Positions 1 through 10,443 of a stretch of DNA of 64,000 nt are shown in pieces. Origin of the DNA: a bacterium. GTDB taxonomy: Bacteria; Patescibacteriota; Dojkabacteria; GCA-016699595. Both the position numbers and the translations under genes were made by a program. The notes under the pieces were generated by a model. That model saw only the letters and a list, made by a program, of their open reading frames with translations, searched no databases and was not told where the DNA came from. The stretch covers positions 139,647-203,646 of the forward strand of contig CP064982.1 of assembly GCA_016699595.1 (NCBI GenBank), given 5' to 3'. Position 1 is the stretch's first letter. Each line of letters opens with the position of its first letter.

Positions 1-585
1 AACAAGGAAATACTATCTCTCAACTTCCAGTAATTCCAATTTACTTTGCTATAAAGCCTACCTGGAGTTACTCCAGCATTCCCCGGATCACTAGCATATC
101 CATAAACTTTCATCCCAAAACTTTCACATAGATACATAGCCCTGGGCAAGTGCCAGCTTTGAGTAACAATCACAACTTCATCAAGCCCAAAAATATTTCT
201 TGCCCTCCAACAACTATCATATGTTCTTCGTCCTGCATAATCACTGTATATATCAAGATCACTTACTCCGTTGTTTTGAGCCATCAACCTCATCATACTT
301 GGTTCATTGTGATCTACAAATCTATTGTCTCCACTCATCAGAAGTTTCGCCACTTGCCCTTGATGGTATAATTCGCTAGCAGCATCAACTCTGTCTTCAA
401 GTATGTTTGATCCTGCACCAAGCACGAGAGCAACTTTAGTTTGGGCTACATCAGAAGGGTTGGAGTAAATTCTATCTTTATAATTGCTGTATGTATGAAG
501 ATTCAACCAAAGATATGATAAACCAATGCTAAGGACAAACAAAAAAAGAAATTGCAGTGTTTTTGTAACTAACTTTTTTGTCAAA
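1..585 (-). CDS. DUF218 / SanA-YdcF-ElyC family protein; 5' (N-terminal) part inside the window with a likely TTG start near 585, C-terminus runs off the window edge
   Basis: The reverse-strand translation is continuous from the window edge up to about 585 (…LTKKLVTKTLQFLFLFVLSIGLSYLW…KVALVLGAGSNILEDRVDAASELYHQGQVAKLLMSGDN…VIVTQSWHLPRAMYL…). The N-terminal TM helix plus a GAG…SGG core resemble DUF218. This gene is not in the supplied ORF track because it is truncated. Confidence 0.5.
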
Positions 586-699
586 ATGTTTTACTTGTGT
601 TTGAGTCAAAAACTGAAGTATGCAAAAAATCTTTCTGCAAGCTTAGAATGTTGCAGTCTAGTAAACAATTTTTCAAATTCATAAAGTAATTTCGACTGT

Positions 700-2679
700 C
701 TATACATCCAATTCTGCTTCAGCTGCATGTGTTTGTATGAACTTTTTTCTAGGCAAAACCTCTTCGCCCATCAAAATATCAAAAATTTTATTTGCTTCTT
801 CTGCATCCTCGATTGTTATCCTTTTGAGTGTTCTGTTTTTCGGATTCATAGTAGTTTCCCACAATTGATCAGAATTCATCTCTCCCAAACCTTTGAACCT
901 TTGAACTGATTTCACTGCCCTACCCTTTTCTGCCAATTCTTTCAAATTTCGTTCTTTATCTTCATCATCCTGTACCCAAATCACTTCACCATTATTCAAT
1001 TCAATTCTATATAGTGGTGGTTGAGCAATGTATAGATAGCCTTGCTCTACAACTTGCTTCATATATCTGAAAAAGAAAGTCATGTACAAAGTCGCAATGT
1101 GCGCTCCATCAACATCAGCATCTGCCATAATGACAATCTTGTGATACTTCAACTTCGCTATGTCAAAAGTGTCTCCAATCCCTGCACCCAAAGAGATAAT
1201 CAAAGTTTTCAACTTGTCTTGATCAACCACTTTGTCAATTCTGGCCTTTTCTACATTCAAAGGCTTTCCAAAAAGCGGTAAGATTGCTTGTGTTTTTCTG
1301 TCTCTTCCTTGTTTCGCACTACCGCCAGCTGAGTCTCCCTCTACAATAAATATTTCGCTTTCTGCAGGGAATTTGCTACTACAATCAGCTAGTTTTCCTG
1401 GTAACCCGCCTCCATCTAGTATACCTTTTCTAGTTACTGCTTCTCTAGCTGCTTTTGCTGCAGCACGAGCTTTGCTAGTCAATACTGCCCGACTAATGAT
1501 GTTTTGAGCATCCTTTGGATGTTGATCAAAATATTCTTTTAGTCCTTCCTCTACGACTGCTCGAACTTGGTGAACGACCTCTGGATTGTTTAGCTTCATT
1601 TTTGTCTGACCTTCAAATTGAGGCTCTGCAACTTTGACTGAAATCACAGCAGTCAAACCCTCTCGCACATCTTCACCTGACAACTTCAAATCTTTTTCCC
1701 TCTCAGATTTATTTTTCTCAAAATAGTCATTTATACCTTTTGTAACTGCTATTCTAAATCCTTGTAAATGAGTTCCACCTTCTGGATTGAGGATGTTGTT
1801 CGTAAAACAAAGAACTTGTTCGTCAAATTCCTCTTTGTATTGCAAGCTAACCTCTACTTCTGTTCCATCTACGCTTTTTCTTACATAGAAAGGTGTGTTT
1901 AGTATTTTTTCTCCTAAATTCAAGTGCATCACATAGCTTTTCACTCCACCCTCAAAGAAAAATGTAAATGAACTAGCTCCTTTCAGATACTTTTCAATAT
2001 TGTCTTTGTCATTTTCTTTCGCATTTTCGGTTCTGCTATCTATTATCACAAACTTCATTCCAGCTGTTAGGTAAGCTTGCCGTCGGACCATTTCAAAAAT
2101 TGATTTCAAATTGAATTCATGTGCATTTCGAAATATCTCTGGATCAGGCAAAAAATAGACTTTCGTTCCTTGCTGATTACCCTGAGTTTTGGTTTTGGTC
2201 AGTTTTTGTGTAGTTTTTCCTCTACTGAACTTTATCTCATTTGCAAATCCATCTCTCCATACAGTGATGCTCATTTCATTTGACAGAGCATTTGTTACAG
2301 TTAGACCTACTCCGTGTAATCCGCCCGAAACTTTGTAACTTCCTCTATCAAACTTTCCTCCAGCATGTAGAAGAGTGGCTGCTGCTTCAACTGCAGGAAG
2401 TCCAGTTTTTGTATTGATATCTACAGGAATACCTCTACCATCATCTTCTATAGATATACCACCATTAGCTTCTAGAGTTATTTTCACACTTGTCGCATAA
2501 CCAGCAAGCCCTTCGTCGATTGCATTCGAGACTATTTCATATACCAAATGATGGAGTCCCTTCTCTTCGGTATCTCCTATATACATTGCTGGTCTTAGTC
2601 TTACAGCTTCAAGCCCTTCAAGAATTGTAATGTTGTCACCTGTATAATCGTTATTTTTATTACCTTTTGTTGTTGCCAT
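700..2679 (-). CDS. gyrB: DNA gyrase subunit B
   Basis: 659 aa. GHKL ATPase motifs (…VYEIVSNAIDEGLAGY…, GLHGVG), a Toprim region (EGDSAGGSAK) and a gyrB C-terminal tail. Confidence 0.95.
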   Translation of the reverse strand: MATTKGNKNNDYTGDNITILEGLEAVRLRPAMYIGDTEEKGLHHLVYEIVSNAIDEGLAGYATSVKITLEANGGISIEDDGRGIPVDINTKTGLPAVEAAATLLHAGGKFDRGSYKVSGGLHGVGLTVTNALSNEMSITVWRDGFANEIKFSRGKTTQKLTKTKTQGNQQGTKVYFLPDPEIFRNAHEFNLKSIFEMVRRQAYLTAGMKFVIIDSRTENAKENDKDNIEKYLKGASSFTFFFEGGVKSYVMHLNLGEKILNTPFYVRKSVDGTEVEVSLQYKEEFDEQVLCFTNNILNPEGGTHLQGFRIAVTKGINDYFEKNKSEREKDLKLSGEDVREGLTAVISVKVAEPQFEGQTKMKLNNPEVVHQVRAVVEEGLKEYFDQHPKDAQNIISRAVLTSKARAAAKAAREAVTRKGILDGGGLPGKLADCSSKFPAESEIFIVEGDSAGGSAKQGRDRKTQAILPLFGKPLNVEKARIDKVVDQDKLKTLIISLGAGIGDTFDIAKLKYHKIVIMADADVDGAHIATLYMTFFFRYMKQVVEQGYLYIAQPPLYRIELNNGEVIWVQDDEDKERNLKELAEKGRAVKSVQRFKGLGEMNSDQLWETTMNPKNRTLKRITIEDAEEANKIFDILMGEEVLPRKKFIQTHAAEAELDV

Positions 2680-2967
2680 TGTTGAATTTAGTAAGTTAGA
2701 TAATCTTGCTTTAAAAAAGTATGCAAGGTACTTTTGAACTTAGATATTATAGCAAATGTTTTACAAGAATTTAATCTATTCAATATATATTTGGAAAAGA
2801 TAGATAGCCAACATCAAAGTCTTATGGACTTTTTACCATAGTTAGAGGTATATGTGGTTATCAGCTTTTGAAAGTCACTTATTTACCTGTGTTACTTATA
2901 CGAAGGCTTATGAAATGTATGATTGTCAATGAAAACTTAGCAAAAAAATATGAATTTTATAACTGCC

Positions 2968-3693
2968 TTATAACTGCTCTTGCAAAGCTACATTCATAGC
3001 ATTCCACAATACTAGCTTCAAATTGACATAAGATGAAACACATTGTTTGCAAAAGAGCAAAAACTCAATTTTTTGATACTTTTCGTCGCTTGTAGCGTCG
3101 TTTTTGACATTCGCTATAAGTATATCCAAAAGATTTCCGCCCTCCTCCCACTTCTTTGTACTATTTGAAATTTTGGTGATTCTGTTTATCTCTTTTTGTA
3201 AAAAGTTTTTGTCAGTATAACTTTCCAATTTAGAATGAACTGCATTATTACTAGTATGGACTAGATCAAATACTTGACACCTAGAAATGATAGTTGGTAG
3301 TAATTCAGATTTATTTTTTGTCGTTAGGACGAAAATATTTGAGCTTTTGTGTTCTTCCAAAGTTTTCAAAAGAGTGTTTTGAGCTTCCACTTCAAGGTCT
3401 TCTGAATTCCATATTAAGAATAGTTTCTTGCGGTTTGAAAATGGTCTATAAATTTCATTTTTCAAGAAATATCTGATTGTATCAACTGGTATATTGTTCT
3501 TTCCATACATGCTTTTTGATATTTGAAAGAAATCAGGATGTTCATTTTGAATCAATCCATCTTTATCAAAGATAGCCGGTATGTCAAATATTTCCTCAAA
3601 AATTGTATAGACTTCCTCTTTTTGTGAAATCTCTGTTCCGTTTAAAAGGACTGTTGCTGATAAATTTAGTTTTAGGAAATTCCATTTAGACAC
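2968..3693 (-). CDS. holB: DNA polymerase III delta-prime subunit-like (clamp loader)
   Basis: 241 aa. Contains the HPD…, LLKTLEE… and TIISRCQ (SRC) motifs typical of delta-prime, and has no Walker A motif. Confidence 0.65.
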   Translation of the reverse strand: MSKWNFLKLNLSATVLLNGTEISQKEEVYTIFEEIFDIPAIFDKDGLIQNEHPDFFQISKSMYGKNNIPVDTIRYFLKNEIYRPFSNRKKLFLIWNSEDLEVEAQNTLLKTLEEHKSSNIFVLTTKNKSELLPTIISRCQVFDLVHTSNNAVHSKLESYTDKNFLQKEINRITKISNSTKKWEEGGNLLDILIANVKNDATSDEKYQKIEFLLFCKQCVSSYVNLKLVLWNAMNVALQEQL

Positions 3694-3830
3694 TATCTTC
3701 TGTTGAATTTAAAAAACTTCTAACACATTTAAAAGTTGTTCTGGATAAGTGTGAAGCATTCTTTGTGATAAATTTAGCACTAAAAGTAATTGAAATCATT
3801 AGGTAATCTAGTATAAAATATATAAGTTTC

Positions 3831-5843
3831 ATGATATCAAATCTGCCCATTCAAAACAATCAACCTGATATAGGTAGTAGCACTACTGGAAAATCTACGC
3901 AATCATTCCAGAATCGAGCGAATACAAATGTATTGCCAAATCAATTTCCATCAAACTTAGCGAATTTTGGCAAACCAAATGTTGTTGCTACACAAAATCC
4001 AACTGCGAATAATAATCCAAATATTTCCTCGTTTACACCTATTCTAGATCAACTTTTTGCTAACGGAAAGATCGGAGAGAATGATTACTCAAGTTCAAAG
4101 GAAGAGATAGTCAAAAATGGAGTCCCAGAAGAATTTTATATAAAAGATCACAATTTATCAGATGAAACGGATATCACGATTGCAAAGTCAAAAATTTACA
4201 ATATTCCGTATGTAGATTTGAAATCTTTGGACATTGAAAAGAGTATTGTGACAAAGATAGATTCAGATCTTGCTAGAAGTCAAACTATTTTGGCATTTGG
4301 AATCGGAACTATAAGTTCTCCGGTAATTTCTAACCAAGGTAACTCAGAAGTAGAGGCTTTGAAAGTCGCAATGTTTGACCCTATAGATCAGCAAAAGGTC
4401 AAGTTTATCGAAGCAATGATAAATGGAAAGATAATTCCATTTATAGCAGAAGAAAGTGTTATCAGGTCGCTTATTGAATCTAAATATAGTAATGATAATT
4501 TGATCAAGCAGGATGTCGGAAAGGCACTTGAAGATGTTGAACACAATGTAATTCAATTACAAGAAGAATTACTAAATGAAGATAGTTTGGCTAGAAGTGT
4601 CCAAAATGCACCTATAGCTCGGATAGTATCTATGATCTTGGAATATGGCATGAAGTTTCGTGCTTCTGATTGTCACATAGAACCTAGAGAGAAGAAACTT
4701 TCTGTGAGGTTTCGAATACATGGTATTTTGATGGAAAAATTAGATCTTCCTTCGGAAATTACAAATGCTGCGGTATCTAGAATCAAGATTTTGTCAGACC
4801 TGAAAATTGACGAACATAGAATTGCACAAGATGGAAGATTTGAAGCACAGTTCGGTAAAACGAAGGTTGATCTTCGTGTCTCTATAATGCCGACAATTTA
4901 CGGTGAAAAGATAGTGTTGAGATTTTTGGACAAAACATCTGGAGTCTTTCCTTTGGAAGAGACTGGCTTAAGGGGAAATGCATACAAATTGTATAAGGAG
5001 AGTTTGTCAAGAACGCAAGGGATTATTCTAGTTACCGGACCAACTGGTTCAGGTAAGACTGTAACTTTATCTTCATCTCTTGCTATTCTCAATAAACCTG
5101 AGGTAAATATAGTCACATTAGAAGATCCAGTCGAAGTACGAGTGGATGGAGTAAATCAAGTCCAAATAAATGCTGAAGTAGGACTAACTTTTGCTAATGG
5201 TCTTAGGGCATTTTTGAGACAAGACCCGGACGTTATCATGGTAGGAGAAATTCGAGATCAAGAAACTGCACAATTGGCAACTCAAGCTGCTCTAGTTGGG
5301 AGACTTGTCTTAGCAACATTACATACTAATTCTGCTGCTGCTGCGATTCCTAGGCTTTTAAATATGGATATAGAACCATTTCTACTTGCTTCAACTATAA
5401 ATTTGGTAATGGCACAAAGATTGCCTAGGAAAATTTGCGAACATTGTAAAACTGTACACGAACCAACACCTGAGCAAACAAAGAGGATTCATGAGGTATT
5501 GGCAGGTATCAAAGGTTATGACAATTGGAATCAAGGTATTCAACGAAATATACCGAAAGATGATGGCGAAAGTTCGGTAAATACTACAGAAAATTCAATT
5601 AAGCTATACAAAGGTAAAGGTTGTGAACGCTGCAACAATACTGGCTATCAAGGCAGGATAGGGATTTTTGAAGTTCTGAAAGTTGATGAGAAGATATCTA
5701 AAATGATTGTCGAACATAGAACAGCAGCAGAAATAGAGCAAGTAGCAAAAGATAATGGAATGATAACAATGATACAAGATGGCTTTATGAAAATGTTGGA
5801 TGGTATAACTACATTTGAAGAGGTTTTGAGAGTGCAGAATTAA
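3831..5843 (+). CDS. pilB: Type IV pilus assembly ATPase PilB/GspE family, with a Q/N-rich N-terminal extension
   Basis: 670 aa. Walker A (GPTGSGKT), an Asp box, a His box and the tetracysteine motif (CEHC…CERC) of PilB/GspE ATPases. The first ~100 aa are low-complexity and N/Q/S-rich. Confidence 0.85.
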   Translation: MISNLPIQNNQPDIGSSTTGKSTQSFQNRANTNVLPNQFPSNLANFGKPNVVATQNPTANNNPNISSFTPILDQLFANGKIGENDYSSSKEEIVKNGVPEEFYIKDHNLSDETDITIAKSKIYNIPYVDLKSLDIEKSIVTKIDSDLARSQTILAFGIGTISSPVISNQGNSEVEALKVAMFDPIDQQKVKFIEAMINGKIIPFIAEESVIRSLIESKYSNDNLIKQDVGKALEDVEHNVIQLQEELLNEDSLARSVQNAPIARIVSMILEYGMKFRASDCHIEPREKKLSVRFRIHGILMEKLDLPSEITNAAVSRIKILSDLKIDEHRIAQDGRFEAQFGKTKVDLRVSIMPTIYGEKIVLRFLDKTSGVFPLEETGLRGNAYKLYKESLSRTQGIILVTGPTGSGKTVTLSSSLAILNKPEVNIVTLEDPVEVRVDGVNQVQINAEVGLTFANGLRAFLRQDPDVIMVGEIRDQETAQLATQAALVGRLVLATLHTNSAAAAIPRLLNMDIEPFLLASTINLVMAQRLPRKICEHCKTVHEPTPEQTKRIHEVLAGIKGYDNWNQGIQRNIPKDDGESSVNTTENSIKLYKGKGCERCNNTGYQGRIGIFEVLKVDEKISKMIVEHRTAAEIEQVAKDNGMITMIQDGFMKMLDGITTFEEVLRVQN

Positions 5844-5905
5844 ATTATAAAATAATTGTATTATTAAAAAATATACGAACAGTTTCAAATTTAGGATAGA
5901 AAATT

Positions 5906-6958
5906 ATGAACCTAATAGATTTACTCAAAACAACAATAGAAAAAAATGCTTCAGATCTACACCTTATAGCAGAGTATGAGGCATATATAAGAATTGATGG
6001 TCAGTTAGAACCCCTGACAAAGATACTTAGTAGCGATGAATTGGTAGAAATGTGTATGAGTATATTAACTCCAGAGCAAAAAGAAAGATTTTTTGAATCA
6101 AAAGATTTGGACTTTGCATATAGTTTAGAAAGTGGTGATAGATTTAGGATAAACTATTTCTATTCCAAAAATACACTTTCTGCAGCATTTCGCCATTTGC
6201 CAAACACAATTAAGTCGTTGGATGAACTTATGTTGCCACCTATTTTCAAGGAGATTACAAAAGTTCAGCAAGGTTTTGTTCTTTTAGTCGGACCTACTGG
6301 AAGTGGAAAATCTACTACATTGGCTGCTATGATACAGGAAATAAATACAAGAGATAAAAGAAATATAATTACATTGGAAGATCCTATCGAATATATTTAT
6401 CCAAAGGTGACTTCAATAGTGAGGCAACGAGAGCTGTACCAAGACACTTATGATTGGGATATGGCAATGCGTGCAATGCTTAGAGAAGATCCGAATGTAG
6501 TCTTGATCGGGGAAATGAGAGATGCATCAACTATCAAGTCAGCATTGAAGATAGCTGAAACTGGACATTTGACATTTTCTACCTTACATACAAACTCAGC
6601 ATCAGAAACAGTACAAAGAATTGTCAATACATTTCCTGCAACTGAACAAGGAGAAATTAGAGCTATGCTTGCTCAAACAATTACTGCAGTGATATCACAA
6701 AGGTTGGTCCCAGTGTTTGGGGGTGGCAGACGAGCTGTTATTGAATTGATGATTCAAACTCCGGCAATTGCTAGTCTGATTCGTGAAGGCAAAGAATTTC
6801 AGATAGACAATACAATCCGTACATCTGGTGATTTTGGCATGATAACTATAGAAAAATCGCTTGTTGAGCTTATAAGAGCTGGACAAATAAGTGTAGAAGA
6901 TGGGCAAAAGTATGCTAGAGATCCAGGTGAGATAATTAGATTGATGAAAACAATTTAA
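5906..6958 (+). CDS. pilT: Twitching-motility / pilus retraction ATPase PilT family
   Basis: 350 aa. Walker A (GPTGSGKST) and PilT-like motifs (…LREDPNVVLIGEMRD…, …TLHTNSA…). The length is typical of PilT. Confidence 0.85.
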   Translation: MNLIDLLKTTIEKNASDLHLIAEYEAYIRIDGQLEPLTKILSSDELVEMCMSILTPEQKERFFESKDLDFAYSLESGDRFRINYFYSKNTLSAAFRHLPNTIKSLDELMLPPIFKEITKVQQGFVLLVGPTGSGKSTTLAAMIQEINTRDKRNIITLEDPIEYIYPKVTSIVRQRELYQDTYDWDMAMRAMLREDPNVVLIGEMRDASTIKSALKIAETGHLTFSTLHTNSASETVQRIVNTFPATEQGEIRAMLAQTITAVISQRLVPVFGGGRRAVIELMIQTPAIASLIREGKEFQIDNTIRTSGDFGMITIEKSLVELIRAGQISVEDGQKYARDPGEIIRLMKTI

Positions 6959-6990
6959 AGATATTTTATATTAAACAATTTATTACATAC

Positions 6991-8214
6991 ATGAAAACTT
7001 TCATATATCAAGTAATTGATTTGGATGGAAAAAGTTCCTCAGGAGAAATTGAATCAAAATCAAAACAAGAACTCCTTTCAAACTTACAAAGAGATGGTTA
7101 TATAGTTGTCCATATAGAGGAAAAGTCAGATTTTGATCTGAGATCATTAACTAGGATAGATATGACAGGTGTTCCTTCTAAAGATAAAGTGTTTTTTATG
7201 AAGCAATTCTCTATAATGGTTACAGCAGGTATACCAATTGCAGAAGCATTGGAAATACTTGCTAAGCAAGCAAAAAATTTCACCCTTAAGACCATTTTGA
7301 CAGATGTACAGAAAAATGTTGAAGATGGAAATTCATTGAGTGAATCATTTCGTAAGCACAAAAAACTATTTACCGATGTGCAAATAAACCTGCTTAATGC
7401 TGGTGAATCTTCAGGTAAATTACCAGAAGTTATTGAAAAAATAACAAAGGATATTGAAAGAAATAGAGAATTTGTAGCAAAAATCAAAGGTGCAATGATT
7501 TACCCTATCATAGTTTTTGTAGTTATAATATTTGCAGTAATTATACTTATGGTTTTCATGATTCCTGAAATGACGAAATTATTCGATTCATTTGGAGCAG
7601 AACTTCCTAAACTTACTCAAGTTATGGTTGGAATATCAAATTTTTTGAATCCAGCAAAAAGTTATGGAGGTATAATTCTTACAGTCATATCGATCATATC
7701 ATTGATCTATTTAAGATCATACAGGAAGACTGCATCAGGAAAAATAGTAACAGATAAAGTAATATTGAAAGTACCTATACTTGGAAAGTTAACTAGAAAT
7801 TTGGATTTAGCTCAGTTTACTAGAATTTTGTCAGTGCTTTTAAGTTCTGGAGTTACCATTTCTGAAGCACTAAGAATTACTGCTGGAGCCGTTGGCAATT
7901 CTTTGTACAAAAGTGCAATCTTTGAAGTTGTTGATAATGTAGAGAAAGGAACTTCCGTCTCAGCTGCGATGTTTCAGACCAAGGCATTTGAGAATGTTCT
8001 GGTATATATAGTAGATACAGGTGAAAAGACTGGTAAGCTAGCCAAGGTTTTGGCAGATATGGCAGATTACTATGAGGTTGAAGTAAAAAATATGACGGAT
8101 AATTTATCCAAGCTTCTTGAACCATTTATACTTATTATCGTTGCTATAATGGTTGGCGTTCTTGCAATGGCGGTATATTTGCCAATATTTAAAATGGCAA
8201 GTGTCATAAAGTAG
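6991..8214 (+). CDS. pilC: Type IV pilus platform protein PilC/GspF family
   Basis: 407 aa. Two GspF repeats with TM helices; the architecture is PilC-like. Confidence 0.85.
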   Translation: MKTFIYQVIDLDGKSSSGEIESKSKQELLSNLQRDGYIVVHIEEKSDFDLRSLTRIDMTGVPSKDKVFFMKQFSIMVTAGIPIAEALEILAKQAKNFTLKTILTDVQKNVEDGNSLSESFRKHKKLFTDVQINLLNAGESSGKLPEVIEKITKDIERNREFVAKIKGAMIYPIIVFVVIIFAVIILMVFMIPEMTKLFDSFGAELPKLTQVMVGISNFLNPAKSYGGIILTVISIISLIYLRSYRKTASGKIVTDKVILKVPILGKLTRNLDLAQFTRILSVLLSSGVTISEALRITAGAVGNSLYKSAIFEVVDNVEKGTSVSAAMFQTKAFENVLVYIVDTGEKTGKLAKVLADMADYYEVEVKNMTDNLSKLLEPFILIIVAIMVGVLAMAVYLPIFKMASVIK

Positions 8215-8242
8215 CGATTAAAGATTCTGGAAGGTAGTTTAC

Positions 8243-8848
8243 TTATGGGAAAACCAAGCTTTTTATCTTTTCTCCATATAGAAAGTAAATAAGTACACCA
8301 GTTGATAGAAAGGGAATTAATGGTAATCGAGTTTTCAAATTGTTTCTGAAGTTTGACTTGTCCATTAATGACTTGAATACAGAAAGAAATATTCCAAATG
8401 TTGCTCCTAGTATAAACCCTACAAGAATTGCTAGATAGCCTCCATATATTCCACAAATCAAACCAATTATTGCACCTACTCTTATCTCTCCACCTCCTAC
8501 TTTACCCTTTGTCAAAATGATCAGTAGTACAAAAAATAGAGAATATATAATTGCTCCTAAAATATTTTGATAACTAAAAGTTTCACCAAAATTAGCAGGT
8601 AAAAATAATGATAAAAAATTCAATGTCCCAAAGAAAACTATAAAGGTAACAGCAAGAGCATCATTTATTTCATAGTAAATAATGTCATATATTGACAAAA
8701 ATACAAGAAAAAGCAGTTGAAAAATTACTATGTAATTGACTAAGTTAGAACTTATTTTTGTAAAAAGATGGTGATTTACAAACAAAAACATCACTGCAGA
8801 TGCTATAAATGATAGCCAAAGAGTTTTATTGCCAAAATAACTTTTCAT
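8243..8848 (-). CDS. Prepilin peptidase-like polytopic membrane protein (A24 family, short form without an N-methylase or zinc domain)
   Basis: 201 aa and multi-TM. A GKVGGGEIRVGAIIG segment sits where A24 peptidases have GGGDVK, so Glu is at the position of the second catalytic Asp. A YD…ND segment lies in the first cytoplasmic loop. The gene sits between pilC and the pilin gene. Confidence 0.55.
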   Translation of the reverse strand: MKSYFGNKTLWLSFIASAVMFLFVNHHLFTKISSNLVNYIVIFQLLFLVFLSIYDIIYYEINDALAVTFIVFFGTLNFLSLFLPANFGETFSYQNILGAIIYSLFFVLLIILTKGKVGGGEIRVGAIIGLICGIYGGYLAILVGFILGATFGIFLSVFKSLMDKSNFRNNLKTRLPLIPFLSTGVLIYFLYGEKIKSLVFP

Positions 8849-8863
8849 ATATTAGATCTTAAC

Positions 8864-8896
8864 ACAAAAAAAAAAGACATCCAACTGGATGTCTTT
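8864..8896 (-). terminator. Rho-independent terminator downstream of the major pilin gene
   Basis: On the minus strand there is a 9-bp stem (AAGACATCC…GGATGTCTT, 3-nt loop) followed immediately by a run of about 10 T. It lies 23 bp after the pilin stop codon. Confidence 0.65.
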
Positions 8897-8918
8897 TAAA
8901 AACTAATTTCAGAGAAAT

Positions 8919-9422
8919 TTAATTACTTGCTGGTGACAAATTCTCTGAAGAACCACCACTTTCTTGGCAAGCATAAAGAAAGAATGTTTGTGGATTCGTA
9001 TTAGAAGATGGTTGATAAACTACTCTCCAAGAATCAGCTGTAGATGTGCCACAGCTAGTGTTTACGGCTGCAGTAGTTGGTGCTGTAGCACTTGGTGCCA
9101 GAACATTTATAGCATTTAGACCTTTTGTACTCATTGTAATTCCGGTACCATAGTTTCCTCCAGAAGGCATAGTAGCATAAATAATCTGACCAGACCTTGT
9201 AAGAGCTGTAGGATATTGTTTATATTGTCTATAGTAGTCTTGTATATATGTAACTACAGATCTTGTATCAGCAAGTCTAGCAGTATCTCTAGCTGCTCTT
9301 TGTGCATAGTTTAGCCCAGCCAAACCTGCAACTACCAATATGGCTATGATAACCATAACGACCAAAAGTTCAACTAAGGTGAATGCGGAATTTGTTTGTA
9401 AAAGTTTTTTTGTGTTTGTCAT
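8919..9422 (-). CDS. Type IV pilin (class III signal, major pilin candidate)
   Basis: 167 aa. MTNTKKLLQTNSA|FTLVELLVVMVIIAIL has a short leader, then FTLVE and a hydrophobic helix. A C-terminal Cys pair (…TSCGTST…LYACQES) could form a disulfide loop. A strong terminator follows the gene. Confidence 0.85.
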   Translation of the reverse strand: MTNTKKLLQTNSAFTLVELLVVMVIIAILVVAGLAGLNYAQRAARDTARLADTRSVVTYIQDYYRQYKQYPTALTRSGQIIYATMPSGGNYGTGITMSTKGLNAINVLAPSATAPTTAAVNTSCGTSTADSWRVVYQPSSNTNPQTFFLYACQESGGSSENLSPASN

Positions 9423-9482
9423 AAGAATTTATTTCTCAGATGAATTAAAAGGGGTTTTCTGAGTAAAGGTTAATTCATATAG

Positions 9483-9512
9483 TTTATACAAATTATCAAA
9501 AATGAAGTCAAG
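9483..9512 (-). promoter_or_regulatory. Candidate sigma70-type promoter for the pilin gene
   Basis: Minus strand reads TTGACT, an 18-nt spacer, then TATAAA, about 60-90 bp upstream of the pilin start. This is motif-spotting only. Confidence 0.3.
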
Positions 9513-9528
9513 TACTTTTTAGCCAAAT

Positions 9529-10431
9529 TTACTTCTTTATCCTTCTACTTTGAAATAGAAGCAAAAGCTGGCTTGCAACAAATATAGAACTATAAGTCCC
9601 AGAAATCATACCGATCAAGAGTGCTCCAATAAACCATTTCAAAGTTACAGGACCAAGTAGGAACATAGCTACTAGAACTATAACTGTAGTTAGGGTCAAG
9701 ATGATTGATCTAGCTAATGTTTCATGCAAAGATTCGTCTATAGTTTGAGACATATCAAGCTTCACCTCTCTTGATTTCCTTGAAAGCATTGCCTTTTCCC
9801 TTATCCTATCAAATACGACTATAGTGTCATGAACAGAGAATCCAATTACTGTAAGGATTGCAGTAACAAAAAGAAGGTCAATCTCGATTCCCCAGAAATG
9901 TCCAAGTATAGCAAATATACCAATGACTATTAGAGCATCATGTAGAAGAGCCAGTATTGCGGAAATCCCAAATTGAAATGAATTGAAAGGTTTTGGAACT
10001 TCCCGAAATGTATATGTCAAGTATAATACTATACCAGCAGAAGCAATAAATATTGCAGTCATGGCAGATACAGCTTGCGATCTTCCTGTATCACTTGAAA
10101 TTGTTTCCGAGCTGATCTTTATCGCATTGGGAAACTTTTCTGACAGGGATAGGTTGATAGCTTTTATATTCTCTTCATCCAAAGGATCGTAGAGAGCTTT
10201 GAAGTTACCATTGCCAAAAAAAACTTTTTTTGGTTTATCTGCTAAGCTATCTATATATTCTCTAAATTCTTCTACTTCTATATCTTGCAGTTTATATTCG
10301 ATAATTGTTCCACCTTTGAAATCTATACTCAATTTCAGTCCCCAAATTGCTATAGATATTATACTTAGTATAAGAAGCAAGATAGTTATAAACAGGTAAA
10401 TTTTATTGTTTTTTGTAAAGCTAAATTTCAT
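9529..10431 (-). CDS. secF: Protein translocase subunit SecF
   Basis: 300 aa. SecF-type 6-TM domain with a periplasmic loop, immediately downstream of secD. Confidence 0.85.
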   Translation of the reverse strand: MKFSFTKNNKIYLFITILLLILSIISIAIWGLKLSIDFKGGTIIEYKLQDIEVEEFREYIDSLADKPKKVFFGNGNFKALYDPLDEENIKAINLSLSEKFPNAIKISSETISSDTGRSQAVSAMTAIFIASAGIVLYLTYTFREVPKPFNSFQFGISAILALLHDALIVIGIFAILGHFWGIEIDLLFVTAILTVIGFSVHDTIVVFDRIREKAMLSRKSREVKLDMSQTIDESLHETLARSIILTLTTVIVLVAMFLLGPVTLKWFIGALLIGMISGTYSSIFVASQLLLLFQSRRIKK

Positions 10432-10443
10432 ATTTTATTAAAT

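Noticed and set aside
150-371. 73-aa + strand ORF near the window start
   Set aside because: It is antisense to, and inside, the DUF218-family gene that runs off the window edge, and its composition is low-complexity.
727-1507. Three + strand ORFs (727-909, 1042-1281, 1232-1507) and the many similar 60-130-aa antisense ORFs listed in the track inside gyrB, pilB, secD, pnp, gyrA, recG and other large genes
   Set aside because: All are embedded antisense in long genes carrying strong conserved motifs. They are shadow ORFs expected in AT-rich DNA.
8243-8848. Calling this gene an inactive pseudo-peptidase because of GGGE
   Set aside because: Glu can in principle replace the second acidic residue, and by-eye alignment cannot fix the catalytic positions. 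The issue is kept as a flagged question, not a pseudogene call.
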